NCBI GenBank assembly: GCA_029258835.1 | Contig: JAPDJY010000035.1 | Coordinates: forward strand, 32,001-96,000 | Direction of reading: 5' to 3' | Length of the DNA stretch: 64,000 nucleotides | From: Thermoproteota archaeon | Lineage (GTDB): Archaea; Asgardarchaeota; Jordiarchaeia; Jordiarchaeales; Freyrarchaeaceae | Shown here: one piece after another, positions 1 to 9,957 of the stretch | Numbering within the stretch: position 1 is the first letter of the stretch | Layout: every line of letters starts with the position of its first letter | Translations under genes and position numbers: made by a program | The notes under the pieces: model-generated | Databases searched by the model: none | Told to the model about the DNA's origin: nothing | What the model saw: the letters and a program-made list of their open reading frames with translations, nothing else

Positions 1-311
1 GGGGAGGTATCCTTCTGAAGTTTAACGTAGTCTATGTTTAAGGTTTCTGAAAGATCTTGTGTGGGGGGAGTACCTATTAATGGGACATGGTATTTTGAAA
101 CTATGCTTGGAGCGAAGCCGGCATGATCTAGATGTGCATGTGTTAGTATGAGGGCGCTTGGAGGGTTAGGAGGGTCAAGCGGAAACATGCTATCATTACC
201 GCTCAGAGAAACGCCTGCATCCAGCATTATACCTCTGTCACCATACTCAACGAAAAGGCAGGATCGTCCAACCTGTCGTGCCCCGCCTAAGAAAGACAAT
301 TTCGTTTTCAA
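1..311 (-). CDS. beta-CASP/MBL-fold ribonuclease (aCPSF-like), N-terminal part; runs off the window edge
   Basis: Manual translation from TTG at 311: MKTKLSFLGGARQVGRSCLFVE..MLDAG..LILTHAHLDHAG. It has the HxHxDH motif and is absent from the ORF track because it is truncated. Confidence 0.85.
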   Translation of the reverse strand, partial: MKTKLSFLGGARQVGRSCLFVEYGDRGIMLDAGVSLSGNDSMFPLDPPNPPSALILTHAHLDHAGFAPSIVSKYHVPLIGTPPTQDLSETLNIDYVKLQKDTS

Positions 312-323
312 CGAGACACCCAG

Positions 324-1250
324 CTAGGTTATTACTTCACAACCGTCATCGGAAACTATCACTGTTTCTTCTGCTTGGGCAACGTAGCTTCCTTTCCTAT
401 CGGAAAGCACCTTGTACTGGCGAAGAATTCCTTTAGACGCAAGCTCTCTTAAAGCGAGGCGCAGCCTACCTCTTGAGAACTGCTTAGCCAACCACCTTTC
501 CGCAAATGGCAAAGTTTTATACTCGCCCTCAACGAACCTAACTATTCGGCGGGCTTCTCTGAGTCTGATAGGAGCTAAAACAGGCTGAATGCTGAAAATA
601 TATGCGTATGGCGCTTCACTAACGCTTCCAGATCCCGTCGAAGCAAACGTCTCGACAGCGTAAACTTCTCCTTCCTCGATCTTTGCTCCATGAGGGAGGG
701 ATATATTTGGGATCACTTTGCCCCCGTGAAGCACGTACTGGCTTAGTAAATGTCCTGAAAGTTCGCGGACAGGCCGGAAACCATACTCTTTTATTATTTT
801 TTCGATCTCTCCGCCGACGGTGTTAGTTTCAACTCCGGGGGCTATTAGTTTGAGGGCAGATTTTAATGCTTCATCCGCGGCTTCCTTGAGAGAAAGAAGG
901 TCAGGGTTAAAGCAGAAGGTCACGGCGGTATCAGCGATGTAACCGTCAATGTGTGCTCCAAAGTCCACCTTAACTACGTCTCCATCCTTAATAGTAAGAG
1001 TGTCGCCTACCGGGGAAGTGTAGTGTGCCGCAACATTGTTGATCGAGATGTTGCATGGGAAAGCTGGCTTAGCGCCTCTCTCAATAATTGCAGCTTCCAC
1101 CTTCTCACATATATCGATACATCTAACTCCTGGTTTAACAAGATCACCGAGTAACTGTTTAATTTCCTGCAGTACTTTTCCAGCTTCCCTATGTTTTTCC
1201 AATATCTCTAAGGTGTTTTGAAATGTTTCCTCGTGCTTATCGTCACTCAA
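324..1250 (-). CDS. map: Type II methionine aminopeptidase
   Basis: AFPCNISINNVAAHY, DFGAHIDGYIADTA, GHLL..Y.LHGG, AVETFAS and AQAEETV motifs. Confidence 0.95.
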   Translation of the reverse strand: MSDDKHEETFQNTLEILEKHREAGKVLQEIKQLLGDLVKPGVRCIDICEKVEAAIIERGAKPAFPCNISINNVAAHYTSPVGDTLTIKDGDVVKVDFGAHIDGYIADTAVTFCFNPDLLSLKEAADEALKSALKLIAPGVETNTVGGEIEKIIKEYGFRPVRELSGHLLSQYVLHGGKVIPNISLPHGAKIEEGEVYAVETFASTGSGSVSEAPYAYIFSIQPVLAPIRLREARRIVRFVEGEYKTLPFAERWLAKQFSRGRLRLALRELASKGILRQYKVLSDRKGSYVAQAEETVIVSDDGCEVIT

Positions 1251-1597
1251 GTTTCCGCCTCCACCCTTTTTTAAGAAGAGGCATGCACGCTCGTTAACAA
1301 AGCCAACTACCAGTAATTATTTTTGAAATAATATAAAGGAACCGCGACAAGAAGGGAGCGATCGAAAAGGACTGGCCAATATAAACATAGAAGAAAAGAA
1401 AATATAAAAGGATTTATTCTTTTTCTTATTAGCTCTATTTTTCTCTCTCCTTGGAAACTTTAACGATTGTGTAGCTTGAACAAATAGTATCCCGGAAAAC
1501 ATGTATAATAACCTTTTTAAGGTTTAAATTTAAACAAAATGAACTGGAAATGAGGAAAAGAATCATATTTATCTTTTAACCAGTTCCTAGTGGAAGG

Positions 1598-1978
1598 GTG
1601 AAATATTTGACGAAAATTGATGAAATTTTAGAGTTACTTCGTAACATGGAAGCATCCACGCCTGGTATCGAGGCGAGTGCGGTAGTAAGCACTGAGGGAC
1701 TTCCAATCGCATCGGCGATGCCACAAGAAGTTGATGATGCTGTTGTGGCGGCGATGGCATCAGCGATCCTCAGCGTTTCAGAGAGAGTTAGCACTGAGCT
1801 CGTCAGAGGCAAACTGCAGCAAGTTTTGGTTCAAGGAGATTTAGGATACGTGATAATTAAGGGTGCTGGAGAAAACGCGTTGATTACCGTCCTTGCAAGA
1901 AATGATGCTAACCTAGGATTGATACTTATGGTCCTAAAGAAAATCTCGGAGGAAATTAAGAGGCTACTTGAAGAATAA
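1598..1978 (+). CDS. Roadblock/LC7 domain protein
   Basis: GIEASAVVSTEGLPIAS..VAAMASAILSVSER..L.RG.L.QVLVQG..GYVII..AG..A pattern. Confidence 0.92.
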   Translation: MKYLTKIDEILELLRNMEASTPGIEASAVVSTEGLPIASAMPQEVDDAVVAAMASAILSVSERVSTELVRGKLQQVLVQGDLGYVIIKGAGENALITVLARNDANLGLILMVLKKISEEIKRLLEE

Positions 1979-2017
1979 GTTAATCGAGGGTAAGGGGTCT
2001 CTTTAAGTTATTTTTAA

Positions 2018-2077
2018 TGGCTCAGACCGCCTGTCGTTCTTCATCCTCATGTCAGATGTTTAGGGTCTTCATCGCCA
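2018..2077 (-). ncRNA. Box C/D guide sRNA; D guide complementary to the 16S rRNA 1398-1408 region, predicted target C1402
   Basis: Minus strand reads TGGC G ATGAAGA CCCTAAACAT CTGA CATGAGG ATGAAGA ACGACAGGCGGT CTGA GCCA: C, D', C' and D boxes plus a 4-bp terminal stem. Confidence 0.85.
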
Positions 2078-2119
2078 AGAAATGATTAACTGAATAGAAG
2101 AAAATAAAATGTTCGGTTT

Positions 2120-2716
2120 TTAAACGTTCTTTTCCAAGAAGGAAGCAACTACTTTCCTTAGTTTCTCTTGAACTTCCTTTAAGGGTAGTGATGAATCTAT
2201 TATGAGGTATCCTTTTTCCTCAGCTCTTTTAAGGTAGTTTTTTCGGACCAACGCAAGAAACTCCTGTTCCTCATATTTTTCTCTTTTCTTCTCTTTGATC
2301 CTTTGAAGGGCGATTCTTACATCCACATCTAGCAGAACCGTTAAGTCTGGTTTAGGAACCCACTTGTTAACTGTTTCAATCCATTCCATATTGAGTCCTT
2401 CAGCCGCTTGGTAGCAAATGGATGATTCAGTGTAACGGTCTAGAATGATGATAGCACCATTTTTGATGAAGGGCTTTAGTTTTTCGAAGTGATCTACACG
2501 GTCAGCTGCAAAGAGGAGCGTCATTACTGCTGGATGAGAAGCTTTTTCAGCTAGTTTTGTCCGTATTAGTTTTCCTATGGAGCTTTCGGTGGGTTCACTT
2601 GTAACTATAACTTTGTATCCCTTCCCTTTTAACCACTCTGCTAGAAGTAGAGCATGGGTTGTTTTCCCAGCGCCATCTATGCCCTCTAAGGCGATTAACA
2701 CTCCTCGCTTCCTCAT
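2120..2716 (-). CDS. tmk: Thymidylate (dTMP) kinase
   Basis: LEGIDGAGKTT P-loop, EPT, LLFAADR, LDRY..SS..YQ; start placed at the ATG of MRKRG. Confidence 0.95.
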   Translation of the reverse strand: MRKRGVLIALEGIDGAGKTTHALLLAEWLKGKGYKVIVTSEPTESSIGKLIRTKLAEKASHPAVMTLLFAADRVDHFEKLKPFIKNGAIIILDRYTESSICYQAAEGLNMEWIETVNKWVPKPDLTVLLDVDVRIALQRIKEKKREKYEEQEFLALVRKNYLKRAEEKGYLIIDSSLPLKEVQEKLRKVVASFLEKNV

Positions 2717-2815
2717 GGTCAAAGAGTGCACCCAAGGAGTTAACTATGGTAATAGATAAGTTTTTTACTGTTTTTCCTCTTCCTCAATGGAGCAATAATG
2801 GAGAAAGGGTGAAGG

Positions 2816-3577
2816 TTGGTGCCTGTTAACTTAGAAGTTGATAGGTTCAGTATATCTGAAGTTAGAGAGAGGGGGATTACTAAAAAAGTGGAAAATGCAC
2901 TGTGCATTCAGGGTATGCCGGGAATAGCAAACGTCGGTAAGACGGTGATAAACGTTATGCTTAAGCAAAACGATGCAGAAAGGATCTCTCAAATATATTT
3001 TTCAGATTTCCCATCGCACGTATCCGTCGATGAAAGCGGAAAGGTTAACGCGTTAAAAAGCGAGATATATTTTTACTATGATGAAGCCTTGAGAAGGGAT
3101 ATTTTCCTTCTGACAGGCGACGCACAGCCCACTTCAAACGTAGGCATGAACGTTCTTTCAAAATATATCGCGAAAACGCTGCATGAAATGAATGTTAAAA
3201 TTATTATAGCATTGGGTGCAATGCCTGTCGAAAAGCTAAACGATAAGCCACGGATTTTCGTAACTGCAACCAGTAACACGTTACTAAAGGAATATGGCAA
3301 ACTGCCAAACGTGGAGGTTCTTAGGAGTGGAATCATAATAGGAATGAATGGTATAGTCCCATGCCTCGCCAGCAATCTTTTTAACATTGATGGTATGATA
3401 CTCCTTTCGGAAACCCTAAGTGTTCTCCAAAAAGACCTTAGAGCTTCTCAAGCACTGGCACGGATCTTAAAGGAAAAGTTGAACCTTAAAATAGATTTAA
3501 GTGCTTTTAGTGGGGGTACAGGGGAGGAAGGGAAAAAGATAGAGAAAGGTACTGGACAGCCAAAATACATAAGCTAA
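2816..3577 (+). CDS. PAC2-family proteasome assembly chaperone
   Basis: GMPGIANVGK, LLTGDAQP, IIALGA and GIIIGMNG motifs. Confidence 0.85.
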   Translation: MVPVNLEVDRFSISEVRERGITKKVENALCIQGMPGIANVGKTVINVMLKQNDAERISQIYFSDFPSHVSVDESGKVNALKSEIYFYYDEALRRDIFLLTGDAQPTSNVGMNVLSKYIAKTLHEMNVKIIIALGAMPVEKLNDKPRIFVTATSNTLLKEYGKLPNVEVLRSGIIIGMNGIVPCLASNLFNIDGMILLSETLSVLQKDLRASQALARILKEKLNLKIDLSAFSGGTGEEGKKIEKGTGQPKYIS

Positions 3578-3658
3578 ATAGGGAGTGATGCATGAAGAGG
3601 CCGACTGAAAAAATTAAAGAGAAAATTTAACATCATGGGAACGAAGTTTCATATTGAA

Positions 3659-5104
3659 TTATTCTCTTTTTTCGAAAATATGCTCTCCGACTAGGGATCC
3701 AGCACATATTGAGTCACCTAGCCCAACCGTTCCCTTTAGCTTGGATGCTAACTTTGACGGGATAAACACTAGGTTGGGCTTACCTTCCACGAAGCCGCGC
3801 TTCAGAAGTAGTTCCCCGTTGACGCCTTCCTCGGATTCTAGGAAGACAGCTAGTTTCTGGTGTTCCTCCAGTCCTTTACCACTTAATTTAAGGGCTTCTG
3901 ACTTCATTAGACGCTCTGCTTCTTCAATTGTAGGTGTGCTACCTGTAACGGCTAAGGTAGCTGCTAGGCTAGCACCTAAGAGGAGGGAGAGCAATTCACT
4001 CCTAGGAGAAACCTTGTAGTTATCATCAAGTAGACTCATCGAAAACTCCCTAGTATGAATGAAAACCCGTTTTAATGAGTACTTGCTCATGAGGGAGCGG
4101 GCCTTAAGATATATTTCTGGAGCAGAATAGGATGAAGAGTTCCAGTCTACACTACGAGATGGAAATGAAAATTGTAGTAGTTCTGACTCATTGAGTCCTA
4201 CCGAGTCGACGTGTGGAAAAAGCAAGTTAAGAATGCCCTTTCTAACCTTAACGCTGGCAGTAAAGCCCATTTCAGCATGTACGGTCAATTCGGGATTAAC
4301 GGATTTCCAATCCTTAATTAAGGAGACAGTCCTCTCAATGTGCTCTTTATAAGTTGTACCGTCCGAGTAAACTTCTTGAAGAAGGTGGTATCCGGCGACT
4401 ACGCATGCTGACGCTTCCTCCACTTTAAGCATACTACCCTCCCAGAAGCCAGGCGCGATTTCAAGACGAGTGTTTATGTCGTCAAACGTGGCGATAAAAC
4501 GGTTTTCTCTAGGAGCTTTCACCTCTAACTCTCCTAGTTTGACCCTGAAGCCCTCTCCAAATTCGAATATCCAGTGGATTAAAGGCTCATCTCTACTTCT
4601 CACGGCTTTGCTGGGAGGTTTAAAGCGTACTTCGCCGTTTGCAAGGGTAGGTATCAGCACGTTCTTATCATGAAAGAGGTCGGCTTGCTGTTGGGGGAGA
4701 GAGGGGGCATTCGGTATAGCCAAATGACCCATTCCTGCTATTATGTTAGACATGTTACCGCCTTGACCGCCCATACGAGTAGAATCCCATCCTAATAGCT
4801 CCTTGAGACGGTGAGAAATGGCGGCGTCGCGTATAATCCACTCTTCTCCTAAGCCGTTTCTCACGCAAAGGAGAAAGCCTGCTAGGAAATCTTCTAGAGA
4901 ATTGATTTCCATTGGCGGTGACTCGATTTTCCGTATAACCTCACTTGGGGAAGCAAAGTTGAAAACACGTTTAACGTCACCTTCATTAACGTGCTTCACA
5001 GCATCTATGTTAACGTTAAAACCTACTATGAAGGTTAAGCGTTGCCTTACGCGTTTAGCGGTTTTTAAGGCGTAACTATATGCTTTACTCCACATCCTTT
5101 CCAT
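3659..5104 (-). CDS. ADP-dependent glucokinase/phosphofructokinase
   Basis: GFNVNID, RMGGQGGNM, IHWIFEF, PRENRFIA, SVGLNESEL, TVGLGDSI. Confidence 0.93.
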   Translation of the reverse strand: MERMWSKAYSYALKTAKRVRQRLTFIVGFNVNIDAVKHVNEGDVKRVFNFASPSEVIRKIESPPMEINSLEDFLAGFLLCVRNGLGEEWIIRDAAISHRLKELLGWDSTRMGGQGGNMSNIIAGMGHLAIPNAPSLPQQQADLFHDKNVLIPTLANGEVRFKPPSKAVRSRDEPLIHWIFEFGEGFRVKLGELEVKAPRENRFIATFDDINTRLEIAPGFWEGSMLKVEEASACVVAGYHLLQEVYSDGTTYKEHIERTVSLIKDWKSVNPELTVHAEMGFTASVKVRKGILNLLFPHVDSVGLNESELLQFSFPSRSVDWNSSSYSAPEIYLKARSLMSKYSLKRVFIHTREFSMSLLDDNYKVSPRSELLSLLLGASLAATLAVTGSTPTIEEAERLMKSEALKLSGKGLEEHQKLAVFLESEEGVNGELLLKRGFVEGKPNLVFIPSKLASKLKGTVGLGDSICAGSLVGEHIFEKRE

Positions 5105-5122
5105 GGGAACCCTCCTATAAGG

Positions 5123-6271
5123 CTAGTAATCGGCGAGTAGGTGTATGTTACCTATCCTAACATTGGTAAGCCCTTCCCCTCTAGCAGCGTCGGCACATTC
5201 CAATGCAAGCTTACGGCTCGTCGTAGGTAAGTCGCGCATAACGTAGTGTGGATGAAAAGCCAGCAGAGAGTAGGGTATATCCGGGTCTATGTCTGCTATG
5301 AAACTTGCTATTTGCCGAACTTCTTCGACGTCCACATAGCCAGGAACCAGTAACGTACTTGCAATCAAGAATGGAGGCTCAGGGGACTTGCGGATGAAGG
5401 GCTTTAACCTAGCAAAGTTTTCTAAGGTGCGTTTATTAGTTACACCGCAAAGGCCTATGTTAAGAGGTTCACTCCACGCTTTCAAGTCAAATTTTATGCA
5501 TCCTCCAGTTTTAAGAGCTAAGGAAGCCGCTTTCCTCAGGAGAGGCCAACTCATTGAACCATTAGTTTCCCAGCACACTCTCATAATTCCGTTCCATTCC
5601 TCCGCCCTCGCAACGGCTAATTCGCTGGATTTAATCGAGTGAGGCATTTGAACTGCGGGGTCTCCTCCAAAGTAACAGATGCAAGAAACACGGTCATTAC
5701 ATTTCTCAGCGAGCTCACGTGCACCCACGATTGGCCTAAGGCTTCTAGCATGCTCCCGGTAATGCCAGTTCTGGCAGAATAGGCAATCAAAGGAGCAAGC
5801 AGCATAGAAAACAGCCAAGTTAAAGTATCCGTACTCGGCTCCCATTCGGTACGCGTACCTTGGAAATCCTATGCCGGTGCATCCAGGACAAACCCATGCT
5901 GCAACACAGTTTGTAGGTAGAGGATCATAGTACCATTCTAAAAGTCCCTTAGAGGGGGTGCCTGCAAGATAAAACAGCCTCCCATCCCTATTCTCGACTA
6001 TGCCACAATATCCGCGTTCGCCCTCAGGGATCATACACTCGTTGACACAGAGCTTACATGGAACCCCACTTTTGTCTTTAGGAGGATAAGGAGGCAAGCC
6101 AAACCGCTTCCTACTTTCAGAGTGGACGGCCATTGCGATGGGTAAAGCGTCATCAGGTCTCTCCCTTAAGCATCTACCACACACGCCCAAGTTGCCAGAT
6201 ATCAAAACGCTTTTCCGTCCGCAAACACTACATCTAGACAGCGTAGTTTTCTTAAGGAATGAAATAATCAT
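5123..6271 (-). CDS. Radical SAM protein (PFL-activase/AmmeMemoRadiSam-related, with N-terminal Cys clusters)
   Basis: CSFDCLFCQNW motif, YFGGDP, WETNG, DLKAW; start at the ATG after GGAGGG. Confidence 0.85.
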   Translation of the reverse strand: MIISFLKKTTLSRCSVCGRKSVLISGNLGVCGRCLRERPDDALPIAMAVHSESRKRFGLPPYPPKDKSGVPCKLCVNECMIPEGERGYCGIVENRDGRLFYLAGTPSKGLLEWYYDPLPTNCVAAWVCPGCTGIGFPRYAYRMGAEYGYFNLAVFYAACSFDCLFCQNWHYREHARSLRPIVGARELAEKCNDRVSCICYFGGDPAVQMPHSIKSSELAVARAEEWNGIMRVCWETNGSMSWPLLRKAASLALKTGGCIKFDLKAWSEPLNIGLCGVTNKRTLENFARLKPFIRKSPEPPFLIASTLLVPGYVDVEEVRQIASFIADIDPDIPYSLLAFHPHYVMRDLPTTSRKLALECADAARGEGLTNVRIGNIHLLADY

Positions 6272-6367
6272 CCCTCCATTTCCCCTATGCCACCATCTTA
6301 AGCGAAAAAACATTCTTTAAATCAAGAAGTTTACAGGAGGAGTAATGAAAGATTCTAGGATGGACGC

Positions 6368-6883
6368 TTACATCGCATCCACCAATTTTTTACACATGAG
6401 GAAAGCGTCCTCTCCATCATGGTAATAACCTTTAAGTGTTTTAACTATAGTGAAGCCCATTAACGTATAAAGCTTTATAGCCGGGTCATTGGACACGCGA
6501 ACCTCTAAAATAACCTCCTCTGCACCGTATTCCCTCATTGCTTTAAGACCTCTCTCCATGAGCTTCTTTCCTATACCCATCCTTCGATATGCAGGGAGTA
6601 CAGCTATTGAAACAACATGTCCTTTCTTTAGAAGCTTAAAGGGTGAAGGGTTAAAAGAGGACATACCCTTCTCAATTCTATTCATCATGTAACCTACCAC
6701 TTCCCCGTTAACCTCAGCCACTATGAAAGCCTTAGGAAAACGCTCTAAAATATGCTGAAAGAAATAATACGGATAATTTTCAGGTAGACATATACGATTG
6801 ATTTCGACGACTTGTGTTAAGTCCTCATAGCGGGCTTCCCTAATAATAACAGCATATTTTTCCTGCAATTCCAGATCCTCCAA
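6368..6883 (-). CDS. Ard1/RimI-type N-terminal acetyltransferase
   Basis: INRICLPENY, GHVVSIAV..YRRMGIG, LEVRVSN, YY.DGEDA. Confidence 0.92.
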   Translation of the reverse strand: MEDLELQEKYAVIIREARYEDLTQVVEINRICLPENYPYYFFQHILERFPKAFIVAEVNGEVVGYMMNRIEKGMSSFNPSPFKLLKKGHVVSIAVLPAYRRMGIGKKLMERGLKAMREYGAEEVILEVRVSNDPAIKLYTLMGFTIVKTLKGYYHDGEDAFLMCKKLVDAM

Positions 6884-7235
6884 GAGGGCAGAGTTAGACT
6901 AAATATTTCAGTAAAATAACGGTCAAATATACCTTTCCGTACGATTTAAACGGGAAAACAAACGGAAATGAATTTCGGAGGTACCTTCCGCAAAACCACC
7001 AGAAAACGGCTAGAAACACCCAGTCCTTCTCAAACATTCTATGGACATTAAAAGAGCTACTTTAAAAGGAGGCGAATTGAGAAAATCGTCGAAAGAAGGG
7101 AGAAAAATTTGGAAAAGCTTAAAAAACTTAAGGTCATTATGAGGAAGCAGCTTATAAAAAAGAAGAGGAAAAGAAACCTTTTAAATAAAGAACAATAAAA
7201 TATTTAGGAGAAAATGCCAAGTTGAGGAGGGTAAC

Positions 7236-7394
7236 ATGTCCGAAGTCACGCCGACACGAGTTAAATGCCCTAAGTGCGGGAGTGTTGATGTGAAACAGGT
7301 TGAAGATAAAAGCAGAGTGCTTAGCTATGTTGGAGGACAACCCATTTATAAGAAAATATGGAAATGCAAAAAGTGCGGGGAAACATGGGAGTAG
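7236..7394 (+). CDS. Small (52 aa) zinc-ribbon protein
   Basis: GAGGAGG RBS, then MSEVTPTRVKCPKCGSVDVKQVEDKSRVLSYVGGQPIYKKIWKCKKCGETWE; below the ORF-track cutoff. Confidence 0.8.
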   Translation: MSEVTPTRVKCPKCGSVDVKQVEDKSRVLSYVGGQPIYKKIWKCKKCGETWE

Positions 7395-7415
7395 CTTCTC
7401 CGAAAAACAATTTAG

Positions 7416-8231
7416 GTGGTCAGGCTGGCGGAAAAAGACAAGACGGGTGTTACAACCCAGGTTTTTTTTACTTTATCTATCCTTCCAGCCGGTATAGTTA
7501 CATGGTACATTTATTACTTCGTTAGCCCCTACATAGCATACTGGCTTGATCCATCTTACGTGATATGGGATCTTTTTAGGTTGTGGATGAACCCGTTAGC
7601 TTGGGGTATGTTCTGGTTTTCGAACTGGTTTCCTGGAGGAGACTTAGGAGTATATATAGCGGTGTTCCTCGTTAGCATATTCGGAAACATTTCGATTATA
7701 TTTCCTGTTCCATATGTTATCTTCTTATGGTTCCTTGTGGTCTTTAGGGTGACTATTAATCCGTTTATTTTGGGTGTATCTGCTGGGGCTGGTGCAGCTA
7801 TAGGTGAAACCAGCGCTTGGATTCTGGGGAGGGGGGCGTCGGAAGTGTTGGAGGATACGCGCTACGGGGATAGGCTCAGACGTTATGGAGAACTTGTTGA
7901 GAGGGGATGGGGGGTTCCATTGGTTATCCTTTTTGCTGCAACGCCATTACCAGATGACGTGCTACTTTTAGCTTTAGGGATGGTGGAGTATTCGTACGTT
8001 AAGACGATCGTGAGTTGCTTCATAGGGAAAATTTTGATGTGTGTGATGATAACTTTTGCAGCCAGAACCCTTTCGAACATTAGGATTTTTGGGAAGACGA
8101 TTCTCGGATGGTACTCGGGGGAAGCCGGATTGGCGACCATGATTGCGAGCATAATACTTATGGTTTTGGTATTTATAGCCTTGGTTTTCGTGGATTGGGG
8201 GAAGATCTACAATAAATTAAGGAGGCGATGA
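7416..8231 (+). CDS. VTT/DedA-like membrane protein
   Basis: IIFPVPY, GAGAAIGE...WILG, FAATPLPDD and G...Y....GK motifs; multiple TM segments. Confidence 0.82.
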   Translation: MVRLAEKDKTGVTTQVFFTLSILPAGIVTWYIYYFVSPYIAYWLDPSYVIWDLFRLWMNPLAWGMFWFSNWFPGGDLGVYIAVFLVSIFGNISIIFPVPYVIFLWFLVVFRVTINPFILGVSAGAGAAIGETSAWILGRGASEVLEDTRYGDRLRRYGELVERGWGVPLVILFAATPLPDDVLLLALGMVEYSYVKTIVSCFIGKILMCVMITFAARTLSNIRIFGKTILGWYSGEAGLATMIASIILMVLVFIALVFVDWGKIYNKLRRR

Positions 8232-8349
8232 TAGGCGGGAAGGAAGGGTAGCATTCAGAGAGGTGATGCCTGATAAGTAGGTAGAGAAGGATTTTTAAAG
8301 GGGGCTTCGTGTCTGGTATTCCATGAAGCGAGTATAGTGGTGATGTTCG

Positions 8350-8754
8350 ATGAAGAAAGCTAGAGAGGAATATGTCCATAAGCTAGTTATCAGTGATCCT
8401 GAGACTGGTAGAAGCGTTACTGTAGGGGTTGATGCTGCAAAGTTCAGAAGCTTGATTGATGTTAAAATAGGGGAGATAGTTAAGGGTGACCCGTTGGGCT
8501 TGGTCGGCTACGAACTCCAAGTTATGGGCGGCTCGGATAAGGATGGATTCCCTATGAGACCTGATATTGAGGGGCCTGTCCGTAAGAGGGTGCTGCTGAG
8601 TAAGGGTCCAGGTTTCAGGCCTAAGAGGAGGGGTGAGAGACGAAGAAAGCTGGTTAGAGGGAATACGATTTCAGAGGAAATATACCAAGTTAACATGAAA
8701 GTTGTCAAGAAGGGAGCTAAGGACATTTTTGAAGGAGCACCTGCTGAGGCTTAG
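8350..8754 (+). CDS. rps6e: 30S ribosomal protein S6e
   Basis: KLVISDPETG, GGSDKDGFPMRPD, GERRRKLVRGN. Confidence 0.97.
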   Translation: MKKAREEYVHKLVISDPETGRSVTVGVDAAKFRSLIDVKIGEIVKGDPLGLVGYELQVMGGSDKDGFPMRPDIEGPVRKRVLLSKGPGFRPKRRGERRRKLVRGNTISEEIYQVNMKVVKKGAKDIFEGAPAEA

Positions 8755-8763
8755 AAGGGGTTT

Positions 8764-9255
8764 TTGAGCGTAATGCTTCTTTTCATTTGTGATGCTATGC
8801 TTGGTAGGGTTTGCCGATGGTTAAGGTTGCTCGGATACGAAGCGGACTATGAGCCAGACGAAAGCGATGATACCTTACTTATGAAGGCGGAAAAGCTTAA
8901 GGGCATACTTCTGACGAGAGACCAGCAGCTTTACATGAGAGCTAAAAGGGAGGGCGTTGAAGCGTTTTATGTGGAGGGAGACGACTTTTATAGTCAGCTT
9001 TCAAGCATCGTTTTAAAGTTTAAGTTGAGGCTGCAGGTGGACCCCTCAATCTCACACTGCCCTAAATGTGGCGGGAAGATAGTAAGCGTGGCAAAGGAAA
9101 GCGTGGCGGGGGTCGTACCTCGAACAACTTTAAAGAGGCATAACGAGTTTTGGGTCTGTGAAAAGTGTGGTAAAGTTTACTGGAAAGGAGGGATGTGGAA
9201 GTCGATGCTTAGAGTCGTTGAGAAAATTAAAGAGAGGAGTGGCGGAGGATACTAG
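8764..9255 (+). CDS. Mut7-C (PIN-like) RNase domain protein with zinc ribbon
   Basis: DAMLGR..RWLRLLGY, LLTRD, CPKCG..C..CGKVYW.G. Confidence 0.9.
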   Translation: MSVMLLFICDAMLGRVCRWLRLLGYEADYEPDESDDTLLMKAEKLKGILLTRDQQLYMRAKREGVEAFYVEGDDFYSQLSSIVLKFKLRLQVDPSISHCPKCGGKIVSVAKESVAGVVPRTTLKRHNEFWVCEKCGKVYWKGGMWKSMLRVVEKIKERSGGGY

Positions 9256-9294
9256 GAAACATTTAAAGTTAAGTTATCAGAGATCTTTTCAAAA

Positions 9295-9957
9295 ATGTGG
9301 CTTGGAGAGGATGATGAAGTGGCCGGCTACCATGAAGTTAAACTAAGTGATGAGGAAGGAAGGTACTTGGTTAGACTCGCAAGGCGGACAATAGAGGAGT
9401 ACGTCAGGTCTGGAAAAGTGATGGAAACGCCTAGTGATGCTCCACCAAGGCTGATGGAGAAGGGAGGCGTATTTGTCACTATTAACAAGTTAGTGGAGGG
9501 AGGAAAGCACTTGAGAGGATGCATAGGCTATCCACTCCCTCACTTTCCATTGGTGGAGGCAACTATAAGGTCAGCTGCCGAGGCAACAAGAGACCCTAGG
9601 TTTCCACCTCTTAAGCCGGATGAGCTTAGCGATGTTGTTGTTGAAGTGACTGTTCTAACTGTTCCAGAGCGGCTTAAGGTTCAAGATCCTAGGGAGTACC
9701 TTGACAAGATCAAGGTTGGACGGGATGGGCTCATGATTGCACGCGGCCCCTTTAGAGGCTTACTTCTACCGCAGGTGCCTGTTGAGTGGAACTGGGATGC
9801 TGAAGAGTTTTTGTGTGAGTGCTGCATGAAGGCAGGTTTGCCTCCTGACGCATGGTTTGATGATGAAACTGAAGTCTACGTTTTCCAAGGCGTTATTTTT
9901 GAGGAGGAGAAGCCGCGGGGGGAAATTATTAGGAAAATACTTTCTGAGGGACATTAG
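9295..9957 (+). CDS. AMMECR1-family protein (AmmeMemoRadiSam protein A)
   Basis: GVFVT, LRGCIG, DPRFPP, GLLLPQV, KAGLPPDAW. Confidence 0.93.
   Translation: MWLGEDDEVAGYHEVKLSDEEGRYLVRLARRTIEEYVRSGKVMETPSDAPPRLMEKGGVFVTINKLVEGGKHLRGCIGYPLPHFPLVEATIRSAAEATRDPRFPPLKPDELSDVVVEVTVLTVPERLKVQDPREYLDKIKVGRDGLMIARGPFRGLLLPQVPVEWNWDAEEFLCECCMKAGLPPDAWFDDETEVYVFQGVIFEEEKPRGEIIRKILSEGH

Noticed and set aside
3585-3630. GTGATGC..ATGAAGA GGCCGA CTGA, a possible third C/D sRNA
   Set aside because: Only one box pair and no second D box; the putative guide needs a bulge to pair with rRNA. It could equally be a 12-codon ORF remnant.
8226-8345. TGATA/TGATG/CTGA motifs upstream of rps6e
   Set aside because: Box spacing and order do not give a coherent C/D RNA
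5123-9957. Complete AmmeMemoRadiSam system
   Set aside because: AMMECR1 and a related radical SAM are 3 kb apart on opposite strands, and no Memo gene is in the window
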